From NCBI GenBank assembly GCA_030324005.1, contig JARDVH010000042.1, positions 76,403,695-76,467,694 of the forward strand: a stretch of 64,000 nucleotides of DNA. Reading direction: 5' to 3'. Made by a program: the position numbers and the translations under genes. Shown piece after piece: positions 12,417-24,368 of the stretch; the stretch's first letter is position 1; each line of letters begins with the position of its first letter. Source of the DNA: Negaprion brevirostris (lineage: Eukaryota). A model generated the notes under the pieces. It searched no databases. It saw only the letters and a program-made list of their open reading frames with translations, and was not told the origin of the DNA.

Positions 12417-13489
12417 TCAGTGGTGCCGGATACCATTGATCAAAATCAGTTGATGCTGCCTTGGTGCCAAAGACAGGATAACCACTCAGTACTTTTGGGG
12501 GTTCTAGATGCAGCTGAGTCAAATTATTGCTGCATGGTGTGTGTTGTTGAAGTCAAGGCTTTTTAACAAGAACTGCCCAAGAGATGGGCCATGAAAGGTG
12601 AAACACTTTCTTGAAGCTCTATTCTGTCCATGCAGATAGCAAAGTGTAAATGTCTTCCTTGGAATGGGTAAAAAAAAATTGATTTTTTTCCAGAATATCC
12701 CATACAATGCCATGGAAGATCTGCCAGTGATGTTAAGGAGCTGACTATAGTCACGGAACATGGCATGACTACTAAACTTACAGATTGGCAGTGAGATGAT
12801 CAGTCAGGAACTTCGAGGAGGGACCTGAGAGAGGGTTGGATAACATCAGAATTGGTCCCAAGCACCCACTACCTCCTAGCAAAGGCTTGGAAGATTTACT
12901 TGTGGTAACAAACACAATTATTCCACCATACTCTGCAGCAGTATTATTGTATTTGACATTGTTTTCACAAATTACAATGTAAGATAATGATGTTGAGACA
13001 AACCATCAATATCTGCATTGAGTCTCCCAACTGATGACATTGTCATTATTCACGCTCGCCTCACAAAGTAAACATATACCGATCTTCTAGCTGGCCACAT
13101 GTTCTCCTAATTAGATCTTCAAGAGAGTAACAATCAATGCAGCTCCTTCTCCTTCATTCAAATTAATTGTGTAGCTGCATGTTCAAATTTATCCAGTTTA
13201 CAACCTATTGTGGTATCTGATCTCACTGTGATATGCATTGGCAGGGTGAACCTTGCCCTGTGATATCACAATCTACCTCTCAGTTAAAAAGACCAGATCT
13301 TAATGAAATCATGTTTGATCATTTCTTGGCTTCATTAGAGTTCAGTGACTGACTGTGCTAGAATGCAGTAAAACGTTTCCATGTGATCATGTCTTAGAGA
13401 GCAGGGAGTGCAGGCAATGGGCAGCAATGGGATTCTTTGGTTTCTGCCATTGATATTGAGTATTTGTACACATTTACAGCAATGGGGAT

Positions 13490-14046
13490 AATAGGCCATT
13501 CAGCCTTTCAAGCCTCTTGCATATAGATCATGGCGAATCTGCATTTCAATACACTTAATAAACTTAGGACAGGCATAATCCATTTAGCTCCTTGAGCTAT
13601 TCAATTAGATCACGTTTGATTTGTATTATATATTTACTTTTAAAGTATGCTCAGCCACTGTCTTGCTTTTGTGTCCCACAATAATTTAGCTAACATAAGT
13701 CTATCACTCTATTTAATTTTTTTCAACTGACCTAGGCTTTGAACTAGTTTTTGTGAGGAGAGAGTTGGTATGATGAAAAACTCCAGTACATCACCCCTGA
13801 ACTATCAAGCTCTAATTCTACGATTTTGCCATTGTTTTGAACCCCCTCATTGGAGGAAATAATCTCTCACTGCTTAATCTATCATATTGTCATATCGTGA
13901 TTAAATTTTGAACATCTCAACTACAACAACCCTTTAAACTTCTATACATAGAACATAGATCATTACAGTGCAGTACAGGCCCTTCGGCCCTCGATGTTGC
14001 ACCGACCAGTGGAACGAATCTAATGACCCTCTAACCTAAACTATTC
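13490..14046 (-). mobile_element. Old CR1-type LINE 3' region plus a younger CR1 tail entering the gap
   Basis: GGCCATTCAGCC...TAGATCATGGC (reverse tail) and CATAGAACATAG...CAGTACAGGCCCTTCGGCCCTCGATGTTG. Confidence 0.6.
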
Positions 14047-14872
14047 NNNNNNNNNNNNNNNNNNNNNNNNNNNNNNNNNNNNNNNNNNNNNNNNNNNNNN
14101 NNNNNNNNNNNNNNNNNNNNNNNNNNNNNNNNNNNNNNNNNNNNNNNNNNNNNNNNNNNNNNNNNNNNNNNNNNNNNNNNNNNNNNNNNNNNNNNNNNNN
14201 NNNNNNNNNNNNNNNNNNNNNNNNNNNNNNNNNNNNNNNNNNNNNNNNNNNNNNNNNNNNNNNNNNNNNNNNNNNNNNNNNNNNNNNNNNNNNNNNNNNN
14301 NNNNNNNNNNNNNNNNNNNNNNNNNNNNNNNNNNNNNNNNNNNNNNNNNNNNNNNNNNNNNNNNNNNNNNNNNNNNNNNNNNNNNNNNNNNNNNNNNNNN
14401 NNNNNNNNNNNNNNNNNNNNNNNNNNNNNNNNNNNNNNNNNNNNNNNNNNNNNNNNNNNNNNNNNNNNNNNNNNNNNNNNNNNNNNNNNNNNNNNNNNNN
14501 NNNNNNNNNNNNNNNNNNNNNNNNNNNNNNNNNNNNNNNNNNNNNNNNNNNNNNNNNNNNNNNNNNNNNNNNNNNNNNNNNNNNNNNNNNNNNNNNNNNN
14601 NNNNNNNNNNNNNNNNNNNNNNNNNNNNNNNNNNNNNNNNNNNNNNNNNNNNNNNNNNNNNNNNNNNNNNNNNNNNNNNNNNNNNNNNNNNNNNNNNNNN
14701 NNNNNNNNNNNNNNNNNNNNNNNNNNNNNNNNNNNNNNNNNNNNNNNNNNNNNNNNNNNNNNNNNNNNNNNNNNNNNNNNNNNNNNNNNNNNNNNNNNNN
14801 NNNNNNNNNNNNNNNNNNNNNNNNNNNNNNNNNNNNNNNNNNNNNNNNNNNNNNNNNNNNNNNNNNNNNNNN

Positions 14873-15160
14873 CCCACGCACCCGACATTCTCTCTTCCAC
14901 ATTCTTCCTTTGGAGAAAAAGATATAAAAGTCTGAGATCACATACCAACCGACTCAAGAACAGCTTCTTCCCTGCTGCTATCAGACTTTTGACTGTACTT
15001 ACCTTGCATGAAGTTCATCTTTCTCTACATCCTAGCTATGACTGTAACATTACATTCTGCACTCTCTCGTTTCCTTCTCTTTGAACGATATGTTTTGTCT
15101 GTATAGTGCGCAAGAAACAATACTTTTCACTATATGACAATAATAAATCAAATCAGATCA
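14873..15160 (+). mobile_element. Rex1/Babar-clade LINE 3' end
   Basis: Encodes HSLFHILP...RYKSLRSHTNRLKNSFFPAAIRLL, the typical Rex1 ORF C-terminus, and ends with AATAAATCAAATCA repeats. Confidence 0.75.
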
Positions 15161-15451
15161 TAATTTAACCCTCTAATTCTCAGTATAATTCTGGTGAATC
15201 TATGGCACATCCCCTCTGACACCAACATTACCTTCCTGAGATGTGGTTCCCAGAACATGCTCTAATATTCCCAGTCCACTTTAAACAGAGCATTGTACAA
15301 TTGTGGCATAGCTTCCAACCCTTCCAGCCCTTTAAGTCCAGCCCTGACAATTCTTTTGGTTTGAAGTATTTTTGGATTCGTTTCTCATGATTTAGAAAAT
15401 ATTCTGATATAACTTTCTTAGATAAGAGTCCTGCAATTGGGATTTTTTAAA

Positions 15452-15748
15452 AATTAATTTTATGGGAAGTGGGCATCATTGGCTGGGCTAGCATTTATTT
15501 CCCTAACTGTCCTCCATTTCAGAGGGCATTTGAGAGTCAGCCACATTAGCCAGATAAGGACGGCAGATGTCCTCCCCTAAAGAACATTAGTGAACCAGAT
15601 GAGTTTGTAATGATGACAATGGTCTCATGATCATCATTAGATGTTTAATTCCAATTTTTTATTGAATTCAAATTTCACCATCTGCAGAGCATAAACCTGG
15701 GTCTCTGGATTACTAGTCCAGTGACAATACCCTAGTCCACTGCCTTCT
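15452..15748 (-). mobile_element. Old SINE sharing its 3' tail with LINE family B
   Basis: The tail (reverse of ...AATAAATGCTAGCCCAGCCAATGATGCCCAC) matches LINE-B ends at 28500 and 53490. A tRNA-like head remnant CTGGACTAGTAATCCAGAGACCCAGG is present. Confidence 0.55.
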
Positions 15749-18334
15749 GTTAGTATCCATCAGGCTCCAAATGATCGATGAACAATTTTAGAGAAATTTT
15801 CATGGCAGTAAAGTATTCCCTATGACTGCACATCAACATTACTAGGTCTATGATACTATTCATATTCCTTGTTATGACTTTTAGAGATAATGATAGAAAA
15901 TAACCATGTTGAGACAAACATCTCAATGTCTGCAACCTTCTGTCTAATCTGCTGCTTTTCAGTGTTTGTGCTCATTCCAGAAAGGAAACATGTTGAGATC
16001 TCCTACCCGACTGCATTCACTGCTAGATAGATCATCCAGTTAACTACTTCCCGCAGCTCCCTTTCCTTCATTTGATTTGGTTGTGCAACGTCCTTCAAAT
16101 TTACCCATTTGAATCAATCGCGAGTGTGATGTCTGATCATACTATAATGTGCAATGTGAATGTATGGCTTGCTATTTGATGCCATGGTTGGACTCCACCA
16201 GTTAAAGACCTTGATGAAACATTGTATGCTGAATAAAAAATCAAAACAAACCATATAGGAGCTGATTAAGGAAGAATCTCTTCACATTAAGGGGAGCAGG
16301 AATCTAGAACTCCCCCCCCACTCTCCTCGAAGCCCTGTTCAATAAAAAAAAACCTGTTGATAGGGGAAGGGAGAAGGGGAAGTATGAGATGGATTGAAAC
16401 TAGCAAGACTTTAGATAGACAGTTATTTATTGGATAATAGAAACAAGAGATATACAGCACAAGTGTGGAAATGGAATTGAGGTGCAGGTCAGCCATAATT
16501 TAACAGAAAGGCATAGTTGGTATGAGAGGCTGATGGTTACTCCCATTCCAAATATTTCTGTGTAATACATGTTGAAATTTTGATTGATGTGCAGTTTCAG
16601 TGTGGACAGTCTAAATCTTTTCCTCATTGATCTCCTTTAAAAAAATCTAAAACGCAGAGGAACATTCATAGCAATTTCTGCACTCAGAATTTAGATTGAA
16701 GCAATCAAAAATACAGCTTTAAATATTCCTTGTCTGAAAGATAGTTATTAGTCATGAGCGTGTAACACATTTGCAGTCAAGGAGAATGAGAAACTGTGAA
16801 TTAGTACAGTTAGAAAGAGGCCAGTCATTAAATTTGTGCCAGCTCTTCTAAAGAGTAATCAGTTAGTCCAATCCCTTGGTTTTCCCCCATATCCCCACAT
16901 TTATTTTCTCCTTCAATTATTTATCTGAATTCCATTTGATAACTTCTCATAAATATGTTTCAATTACATTTATATTACATGACAATGATCCCAACTGTAC
17001 AGAAATATGTATGATCATTTATATTGTGGATATATGTCCATAATCTGTATATATCATCAGTCAGAATACGGTATCAGTTGTTGTGTGACATAGTGGTTGG
17101 AGTGTATTAGTTGATTAAGCAACACATTCCAGTAAGAACTGCCCAGCAACACATATATACCACTGACATTTTTGAATAAAGAACTCATAATATTACCAGT
17201 CCTACTTGAGTGACTGATGAGATGAAGTTTGAAGGATACAAGGAAACACAAGAGTTTACTTTGTATTTAACAAAGGTTTTGTACCATCCTGAATCCTTGA
17301 TGCCTCATATGTTGACTGAGCCTCTATCAATAATCATACAACTCAATCAACAGCTTCAAAATTACTTAAAAAATTAGAAACTACTTCAGAAATATAAACA
17401 CTCTTAACGTTTGCAGAAATTTTTACTCTATTGTAATAATGAGGAGAGAGATGAATCACTGGTGAATAGAATGTTTTCCCTTTTTTTCCATCCAGATTCA
17501 GTAAGTCAATCTTAGCTCTGGTTTTATATCGCCACAATGAGGTACAAAACCTCTGCATGGCCTTGTCAAGCTCTCTTGAATCAGGCTGTCTGAACAGCAC
17601 CTCATCCAGGGTGACATCTCTATGTCCTGCACTTATGAACCTATGCTGTTGACGTTGCTCTGCATCACTATCCTTTCATCTAAAGCTAAAGGGAAGATTT
17701 ACAATATCAGTGAGTGGGTATTTTGTTGCCCACTTATTGGCTGAATCTAATAAACGGGGCAGTGAATTGTCTGCTTCCAGTACAGCGACGGTTCAGTTTT
17801 TGAATGGGATGTGGAGAAATCTTTTGTTCTTTTCAGTCCTTTGGTGAGGCTTGCGAGTAGGATGGGCATTCTCAGCATTACTTGGTTTGAAAATGCTGGA
17901 GCCGTGAGATCCCAGCATTTTAGTGCAAGTCAAAGCACTGATAGAATTTTCTGTCTCCACTCAATCTCAACCTAATCTGCTATCAATTCCTCTTTACAGC
18001 CAAGTTGTGCTGCTGATTCTCAGCTATTAGCAACTAGCTTGCAAACACTCAGTCTGATTTCACTTTTCATAATGGCTCTTTAATGCATTCAAGACAGCAG
18101 GCAGCTATCCCACTAGAGCAGCCAAGAATTATAATCTGTAATCCAGAAATGAAAGCATGGTGTACTATTCCACTATTGTACCGAGTTTCTAGAGAGCTAT
18201 TACAAATATTCTCATTGAAACTTCGACAAGAACTATTCGATTGATCCTGTTTGCTATATTTAGTTCTTGAGTCAGGTTTTGCTGTGGGGTGTCTAATGGT
18301 GCTGGCTGTTAGTTAAAGTTTAAAATTTATAAAA

Positions 18335-18645
18335 AGTTTTAAAGTTAAAGTTTATTTATTAGTGTCACAAATACGCTCATATCGACACGGCACTGAAATT
18401 ACTGTGAAAATCCCCTAATCACTATACTCCGGTGCCTGTTCAGCTACACACTGAGGGAGAATTTAGCATGGCCAATGCACCTAACCAGCCCGTCTTTCAG
18501 ACTGTGGGAGAAAGCCAGAGCACCCAGATGAAACCCATGCAGACATGGGAAAAACATGCAGACTCTGCACAGACAGTGACCAAAGCTGGGAATTGAACCT
18601 GGGTCTCTGGCGCTCTGAGGCAGCAGCACCAATCACTGCGCCACT
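18335..18645 (-). mobile_element. HE1-type SINE with the alternative 3' tail (GGGGATTTTCACAGTAA...TGTGACACTAATAAA)
   Basis: Same head and core as the other HE1 copies but a different tail, shared with 54430-54703 and 55089-55340. Confidence 0.8.
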
Positions 18646-19159
18646 GAGGATCGCCCTTGCACCTTTTGCGTGGCTGAACAGTGAACGTGAGAGTTGATAA
18701 TGGCACAATGAGGTTAACAGGACCTGCAGAACTGGGCTGGGCAGAGCAATTAATTGCATGTNNNNNNNNNNNNNNNNNNNNNNNNNNNNNNNNNNNNNNN
18801 NNNNNNNNNNNNNNNNNNNNNNNNNNNNNNNNNNNNNNNNNNNNNNNNNNNNNNNNNNNNNNNNNNNNNNNNNNNNNNNNNNNNNNNNNNNNNNNNNNNN
18901 NNNNNNNNNNNNNNNNNNNNNNNNNNNNNNNNNNNNNNNNNNNNNNNNNNNNNNNNNNNNNNNNNNNNNNNNNNNNNNNNNNNNNNNNNNNNNNNNNNNN
19001 NNNNNNNNNNNNNNNNNNNNNNNNNNNNNNNNNNNNNNNNNNNNNNNNNNNNNNNNNNNNNNNNNNNNNNNNNNNNNNNNNNNNNNNNNNNNNNNNNNNN
19101 NNNNNNNNNNNNNNNNNNNNNNNNNNNNNNNNNNNNNNNNNNNNNNNNNNNNNNNNNNN

Positions 19160-19540
19160 GCCTCAACAGGGATCTTGGGTTCATGTCACACTATCTGTAA
19201 CCCCCATGACTTGCTTGGGCTTGCAAAATCTCACTAACTGTTCTGGCTGGAGACAATACACATCTATTTAACCTGTGCTTAATTCTCTCTCCACTCACAT
19301 TGTCTGTACCTTTAAGAATCGATGACCTGTAAAGACTCACATTCCAACCATTATTTTGTAAATTGAGTTTGTGTCTTTATATGCCCTATTTGTGAACTGA
19401 AATCCCACTCATCGAATGAAGGGGCAGCACTCCGAAAGCGAGTGGCTTGTGCTACGAAATAAACCTGTTGGACTTTAACCTGGTGTTGTGAGACTTCTTC
19501 CTGTGTTTACCCCAATCTAACACCAGCATCTCCACATCAT
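19160..19540 (+). mobile_element. Penelope-like element (family 1) 3' end with terminal repeat
   Basis: ORF end LNRDLGFMSHYL* (typical C-terminus after the GIY-YIG domain), followed by the terminal repeat and the tail ...GCATCTCCACATCAT. Confidence 0.8.
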
Positions 19541-20114
19541 GGGAATTGAACCCATACATTGGATGTTACTCCAGATCACTAACCAACTGTCCAGCCAGCT
19601 GAGCTAAACCAACCTCCAAACAAGGACTGACACAGAATTGAATTCTCCCATTTTCATCTACAATGTCAATTCAGGTGCAGAAAGAGAAATAAAGAATGGG
19701 GTTAAAAAAAATTGCTTACATTGTGATAGTTTCATAATCTCCTGTAACTAAAACCTGAAGGAATGCAACTCTACACTCCTAGTCATTAATTTTCTGTCCC
19801 AGGATGGTTAATTGGCCGTAATCAAGACTTACTACAAAGTTAGAAGGGCATTTAGATTGAAATGGATGAGATTTAACATTCTACAACAAATGTGTCTCTA
19901 TCTACTTTATAAATACATCAACTGATCACTGTTCAATGCATTTATATATGAGGCAGACAATAAAATGCCATTTTCACAAAGTTAGCAAGTAGAACTGAAT
20001 CTTTTGAATTTTTCAATTTAATGTTGCATCTGCCCCTCTCTGGAATCTTCTCTATTATTTGTGTATAAAATGCCATTGACTTCATTGTTATTTTGACGGG
20101 AAATTCTGGATTTT

Positions 20115-20845
20115 CCTTAAAAGTCACCATTGTATCTGCTTCCACTACCTCCCTCGGTGGTGAATTCCAGGCACTCACCACCCTCTATGTAAAAAACTTA
20201 CCTCGTACATCTCCTTTAAACCTTGCCCCTTGCATCTTAAACCTATTCCCCTCTAGTAATTGACTCTTCCACCCTGAGAAAAAGCTTCTGACTATTCACC
20301 CTGTCCATGCCCCTCATAATCTTGTAGACTTCTATCACGTCGCCCCCTCAATCTCTGCCATTCCAGACAGAACAAACCAAGTTTCTCCAACCTATCCTCA
20401 TAGCTAATGCCCTCCATATCAGACAGCATCCTGATAAATCTTTTCTGTACCCTCTTCAAAGCTTCCACATCCTTCTGATAGTGTGGCGACCAGAATTGAA
20501 CACTATATTCCAAGTGTCTAACTAAGATTCTATAAAGCTGCAACATAACTTCCAATTTTTTAACTCAATGCCCCGGCTGATGAAGGCAAGCATGCCGTAC
20601 GCCGTCTTGATTACGTTCTCCATCTGTATTGTCACTTTCAATGACCTGTGTACCTGTATACCCAGAGCCCTCTGCCGATCAATACTCTTAAGGATTCTGC
20701 CATTTACTGTATATTTCCCATCTGCATTAGACCTTCCAAAATGTATTACCTCACATTTGTTCAGATTAAACTCCATCTGTCATGTCTCTGCCCAAGTCTC
20801 CAACTGATCTATATCCTGCTGTATCCTCTGATGCTTCTCATTACT
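20115..20845 (-). mobile_element. CR1-type LINE ORF2 C-terminal fragment
   Basis: MEFNLNKCEVIHFGRSN, LEYSVQFWSPHYQKDVEAL.RVQKRF, VSAWNSPPREVVEADT. Confidence 0.85.
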
Positions 20846-22344
20846 ATCCCCTATGCAATATAAATCGAGTATTTGAGGATTTTATTTGCTCCTTGTAGAA
20901 TGGTGTAATTCTGTAGACTGAGATGCTTCCATAGGATTGACATTAGCAGGAACTATAAATAACACTTCTGGCACAGCAGTTCATTATTACTTGTGGCTCT
21001 CAGTGGGCCCCTTCTTCCTAATTCCTAATCCTTCAATCAGACACTGAGTGCTCTTGAACAAGGGACTTCCCTTGGGAGCCCACAAAATAATAGACCAGTT
21101 TATCGTGTTCCTATGTGGTGAGACCCCCATCCATCACAGGGTGAATACCATCAGTGGTGGATTGAAGCTCTTAAGTGGAAAATTAATGCTGACTTAAGGG
21201 CTTCAATTGGTGGAGAGGCAGGAAGGCTGTTCTCAAGCCTTCCTGTCGTGGACTTCACTGGGATGGGAAGGCAGCAGGGTCTACAACCAGCACCCTACCA
21301 CTTGATTAAACGTTCCCTACCACCAAACTCAGCAGTGAGGAGGACGAAAAGTTCAGCCCATTAACTCTGTTTCTCTTCACAGATCCTGCCTGGCCTGTTA
21401 GGTTTTTCCAACATTTTCTCTTTTTAGTCCACTTAATTGCTTTTGGGTCAAATCACATCCACTGGGCAACACTCTGTCCTACTTATTAAATATCATCTAT
21501 TGTCTCATTCTTTTTACCTTTTGGCCAATGACCGGGAAATATTCAGCACAATGTTCAAATCAAGATCAGAACATTTACTTTGTTATGAAGTTACAAAAAT
21601 TGGCAGCTTGAGTTGCTTGTGCTGCCTCTTCATGTTTCTGTGTTTATATCGCCGATGTTTATCCCTCTTATTCTTTCAAAATGATTCCCTTGTGGAATTT
21701 TGGGATTGCTCAAACAGGGCTTTGAATTGACAGCCCTTCCCGTGAATCAGTCATGTCTGAGATTGTGGTATCTGAATATCCTGACCTTCTTTAAACTACC
21801 TCCTCCCATTCCTGGTAACCTGGCATTTCTGGTGTCTTGTGTACTTCCTCTCAAGTCTTACTGTACAGGCTTGCAACTCTNNNNNNNNNNNNNNNNNNNN
21901 NNNNNNNNNNNNNNNNNNNNNNNNNNNNNNNNNNNNNNNNNNNNNNNNNNNNNNNNNNNNNNNNNNNNNNNNNNNNNNNNAACTCTTGATATGTAACATA
22001 GGCTTTCCTCTATCAGCAAAGCTCACTTCAGCAGCAGGTGTACAGAATAAACAGCTAGCTTTGCTTTCCTAATACTCTTTTGGTTGTTTGACTGGCTCTT
22101 AATTGCAGAGTTAGAGGATTACTACTGCTTCTGTCTCATTGGCTAGAAGAGAAAGCTCAAATTGAGCTCAGATGCTACTAAAGTGAGCCAGCAGAAAATT
22201 CTTCCACAAACCTACACTAACTCAAAAGTGAATTTTCCAGCAGTTTCCAGGCCATTATGTTTAATAAAAGGTGGATAACATTTCTCTGGGAAATTAAACT
22301 GTGATCGCAGGACAGTCCTTGTGCCTAAATGTACAACATTGGGT

Positions 22345-22530
22345 AGCAGAAGTATAACAGTGGTTCAAAGGGTGCAACAGTGGTTAGCTTGTGTATGAAA
22401 TAGTAGCAAACGTAACTGTAACAGTGGTTAGCAGAGGTATAGTAATGGGTTTGCAGGAGTCTAACAGTGGTGAGCAGAGGTGTAAAAATGTTTTGAAGAG
22501 ATGTAAGTTATTAGTAGAGGAGTATGTTGA
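22345..22530. repeat. Degenerate ~21-bp minisatellite
   Basis: AACAGTGGTTAGCAGAGGTGT-like units recur at about 21-nt spacing. Confidence 0.6.
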
Positions 22531-24283
22531 TAAGCTGATATTAGCATCCCTGTCATCTTTTTGGAAACATGGCCACTTTCTGAGTACTTGTTCCAAACTT
22601 GGCTGCAATCAGGAACACTCGTGCTGGGTATCTAAGTGGTACAAGTATTGCACTACCATTTATTTTGCATTTTATATTTTCCTCCAATGCTTTTATTGCC
22701 ACTAATGGTAGACAGACAATGAGCTTCTGTTAACTTTGGCATAACTAGAACTAATTGGCTGACCATATTTCTGCAAAACTAAACCAACTAAGTTTCACCA
22801 TCTGTTCCAAAACAGACATTTGCTTCTTTAAAGAGCTGCATCCAATGATCCAGGGCTAAATTGATGCAAGCTAAATTATTAGCCAAGGTTGGAATTTTAT
22901 CCCTAAACGTCTAGTTGAGATTTGCAGCTTGACCTGCTGAATACAATTGTTCATGTTTATTTTGCCAACTTGTTAAACATAAATACCATGGGGGGATTCA
23001 CTGGCCTCATTTGCTGCTGGTGGGAATCCTGACACCTCGCTGAATGGGGCATCAGGATTCCTGACATCCAGTTGCCATTCATCTAGGCAGCCCCTGATTA
23101 GGTTCCTACCCACACCAGGCTGGAACCCGTTGACTATGGACAACCACCAATTTTAATGAAATTAACGGGCATGAAGCCCGATTCAAAGCCTTCTCGCTGT
23201 TCACCAACCTCCCCAGCAGGATCGGCATCGGGCAGGCTTTGGTGCTGGTCATGAGCATCGTAGAGCTGGTGCGTTGGACCCCAAGGGGTCTTTTGGTTCA
23301 TAGCTGCAGGCAACTTCAAAGCAGCTAAGTTCTCTTCCCTATAAACATTGTGGTTAGGAACAATGGGGGGGTGGTGGTGGGGGGGAATAGAGGTGCATTC
23401 AAGCGTGAAGAGTAAGATAAACACTGCACATTGTTGAAAAACCAAAAGGTTGTCAATCAAAGGCCTGTTAGACTGCACTATGAAACTGAATGAAAGCAAA
23501 GGTTTTCAAAGGAAAACAAAGGACTTCAAATAATTTCCAAGGATCTGTGCTCGCTGGGAAGGGTCAGAGACTAGGGATACATGCTGTTATTAAAAATGGG
23601 GTTTAGGGAGCATCTGAAGATAAGGAAATCCTCTTTCCACAGTGGAAGTGTCTTCTCCTGGCTGTCAGAGGAGCTGAAAGGGGTCTTCTCATACTTGCAG
23701 CTTCTGAGAGAAAGGGAAATACCATCTGCAGAATGGAGAGCTGCTGGTATTTGGAAGCTTGCCAGTTGTCCAGGGGGCACAGAGATTAAAGTGATCAGCC
23801 CACTTCAAGGTTTTCACAGTATATAGACCAGAATGAAGGCTTTGATTGAGAAACACCAAAAATCACTAGGCCAAATGNNNNNNNNNNCCGCCACCGTCAG
23901 CATTTCCAGTGTGGGGCAGGGCCCGTCTGTCAGCGTGGAGAACAACCAGGCTAGTGGGAGTGTTTCCTGCAAAGCATTAATTTGCATCCCTCAGGTGGGA
24001 GAATCCCACCTCACAGCAACGATGGTGCCGGCAGGAAACATTCCGCTTTTCTTGCTGGCATAGGAACTCAAGATTCAAAGCAGGTGAACTGCAGCCCGCA
24101 CCACAGTTACTGTTCCATACTTCAGTATTGGAAACTGTCTTATTATGTCTAATTTTAATTCCCATTACAAGTAAGCCNNNNNNNNNNNNNNNNNNNNNNN
24201 NNNNNNNNNNNNNNNNNNNNNNNNNNNNNNNNNNNNNNNNNNNNNNNNNNNNNNNNNNNNNNNNNNNNNNNNNNNNNNNNNNN

Positions 24284-24368
24284 AGCCACGACAGATCAGC
24301 CATGATCTTATTGAATGGCGGGGCAGGCTCGAAGGGCTAGATGGCCTACTCCTGCTCTTACGTTCTTA
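24284..24368 (+). mobile_element. CR1-type LINE 3' tail next to a gap
   Basis: Near-identical to bases 32-110. Confidence 0.8.

Larger units (their letters stand above)
11320..16215. repeat. Cluster of four diverged direct copies of an unidentified ~230-450 bp sequence (about 11320-11535, 11557-11980, 12994-13445, 15910-16215)
   Basis: Shared collinear anchors: TGAGACAAAC (11557, 12994, 15910), TTCTGTCTAATCT (11585, 15938), CTAGATAGATCA (11668, 16023), GATCAGCCAGA (11444, 11675), TCTGATCTCACTG (11778, 13216). Confidence 0.75.

Noticed and set aside
11320-16215. CRISPR-like or other prokaryotic system interpretation of the repeats
   Set aside because: The copies are long, diverged and irregularly spaced in clearly vertebrate DNA, with no repeat-spacer structure or cas-like ORFs.
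1-24000. GADD45B, expected downstream of GNG7 from mammalian synteny
   Set aside because: I found no GADD45-like coding sequence. If synteny holds, it lies outside this window.
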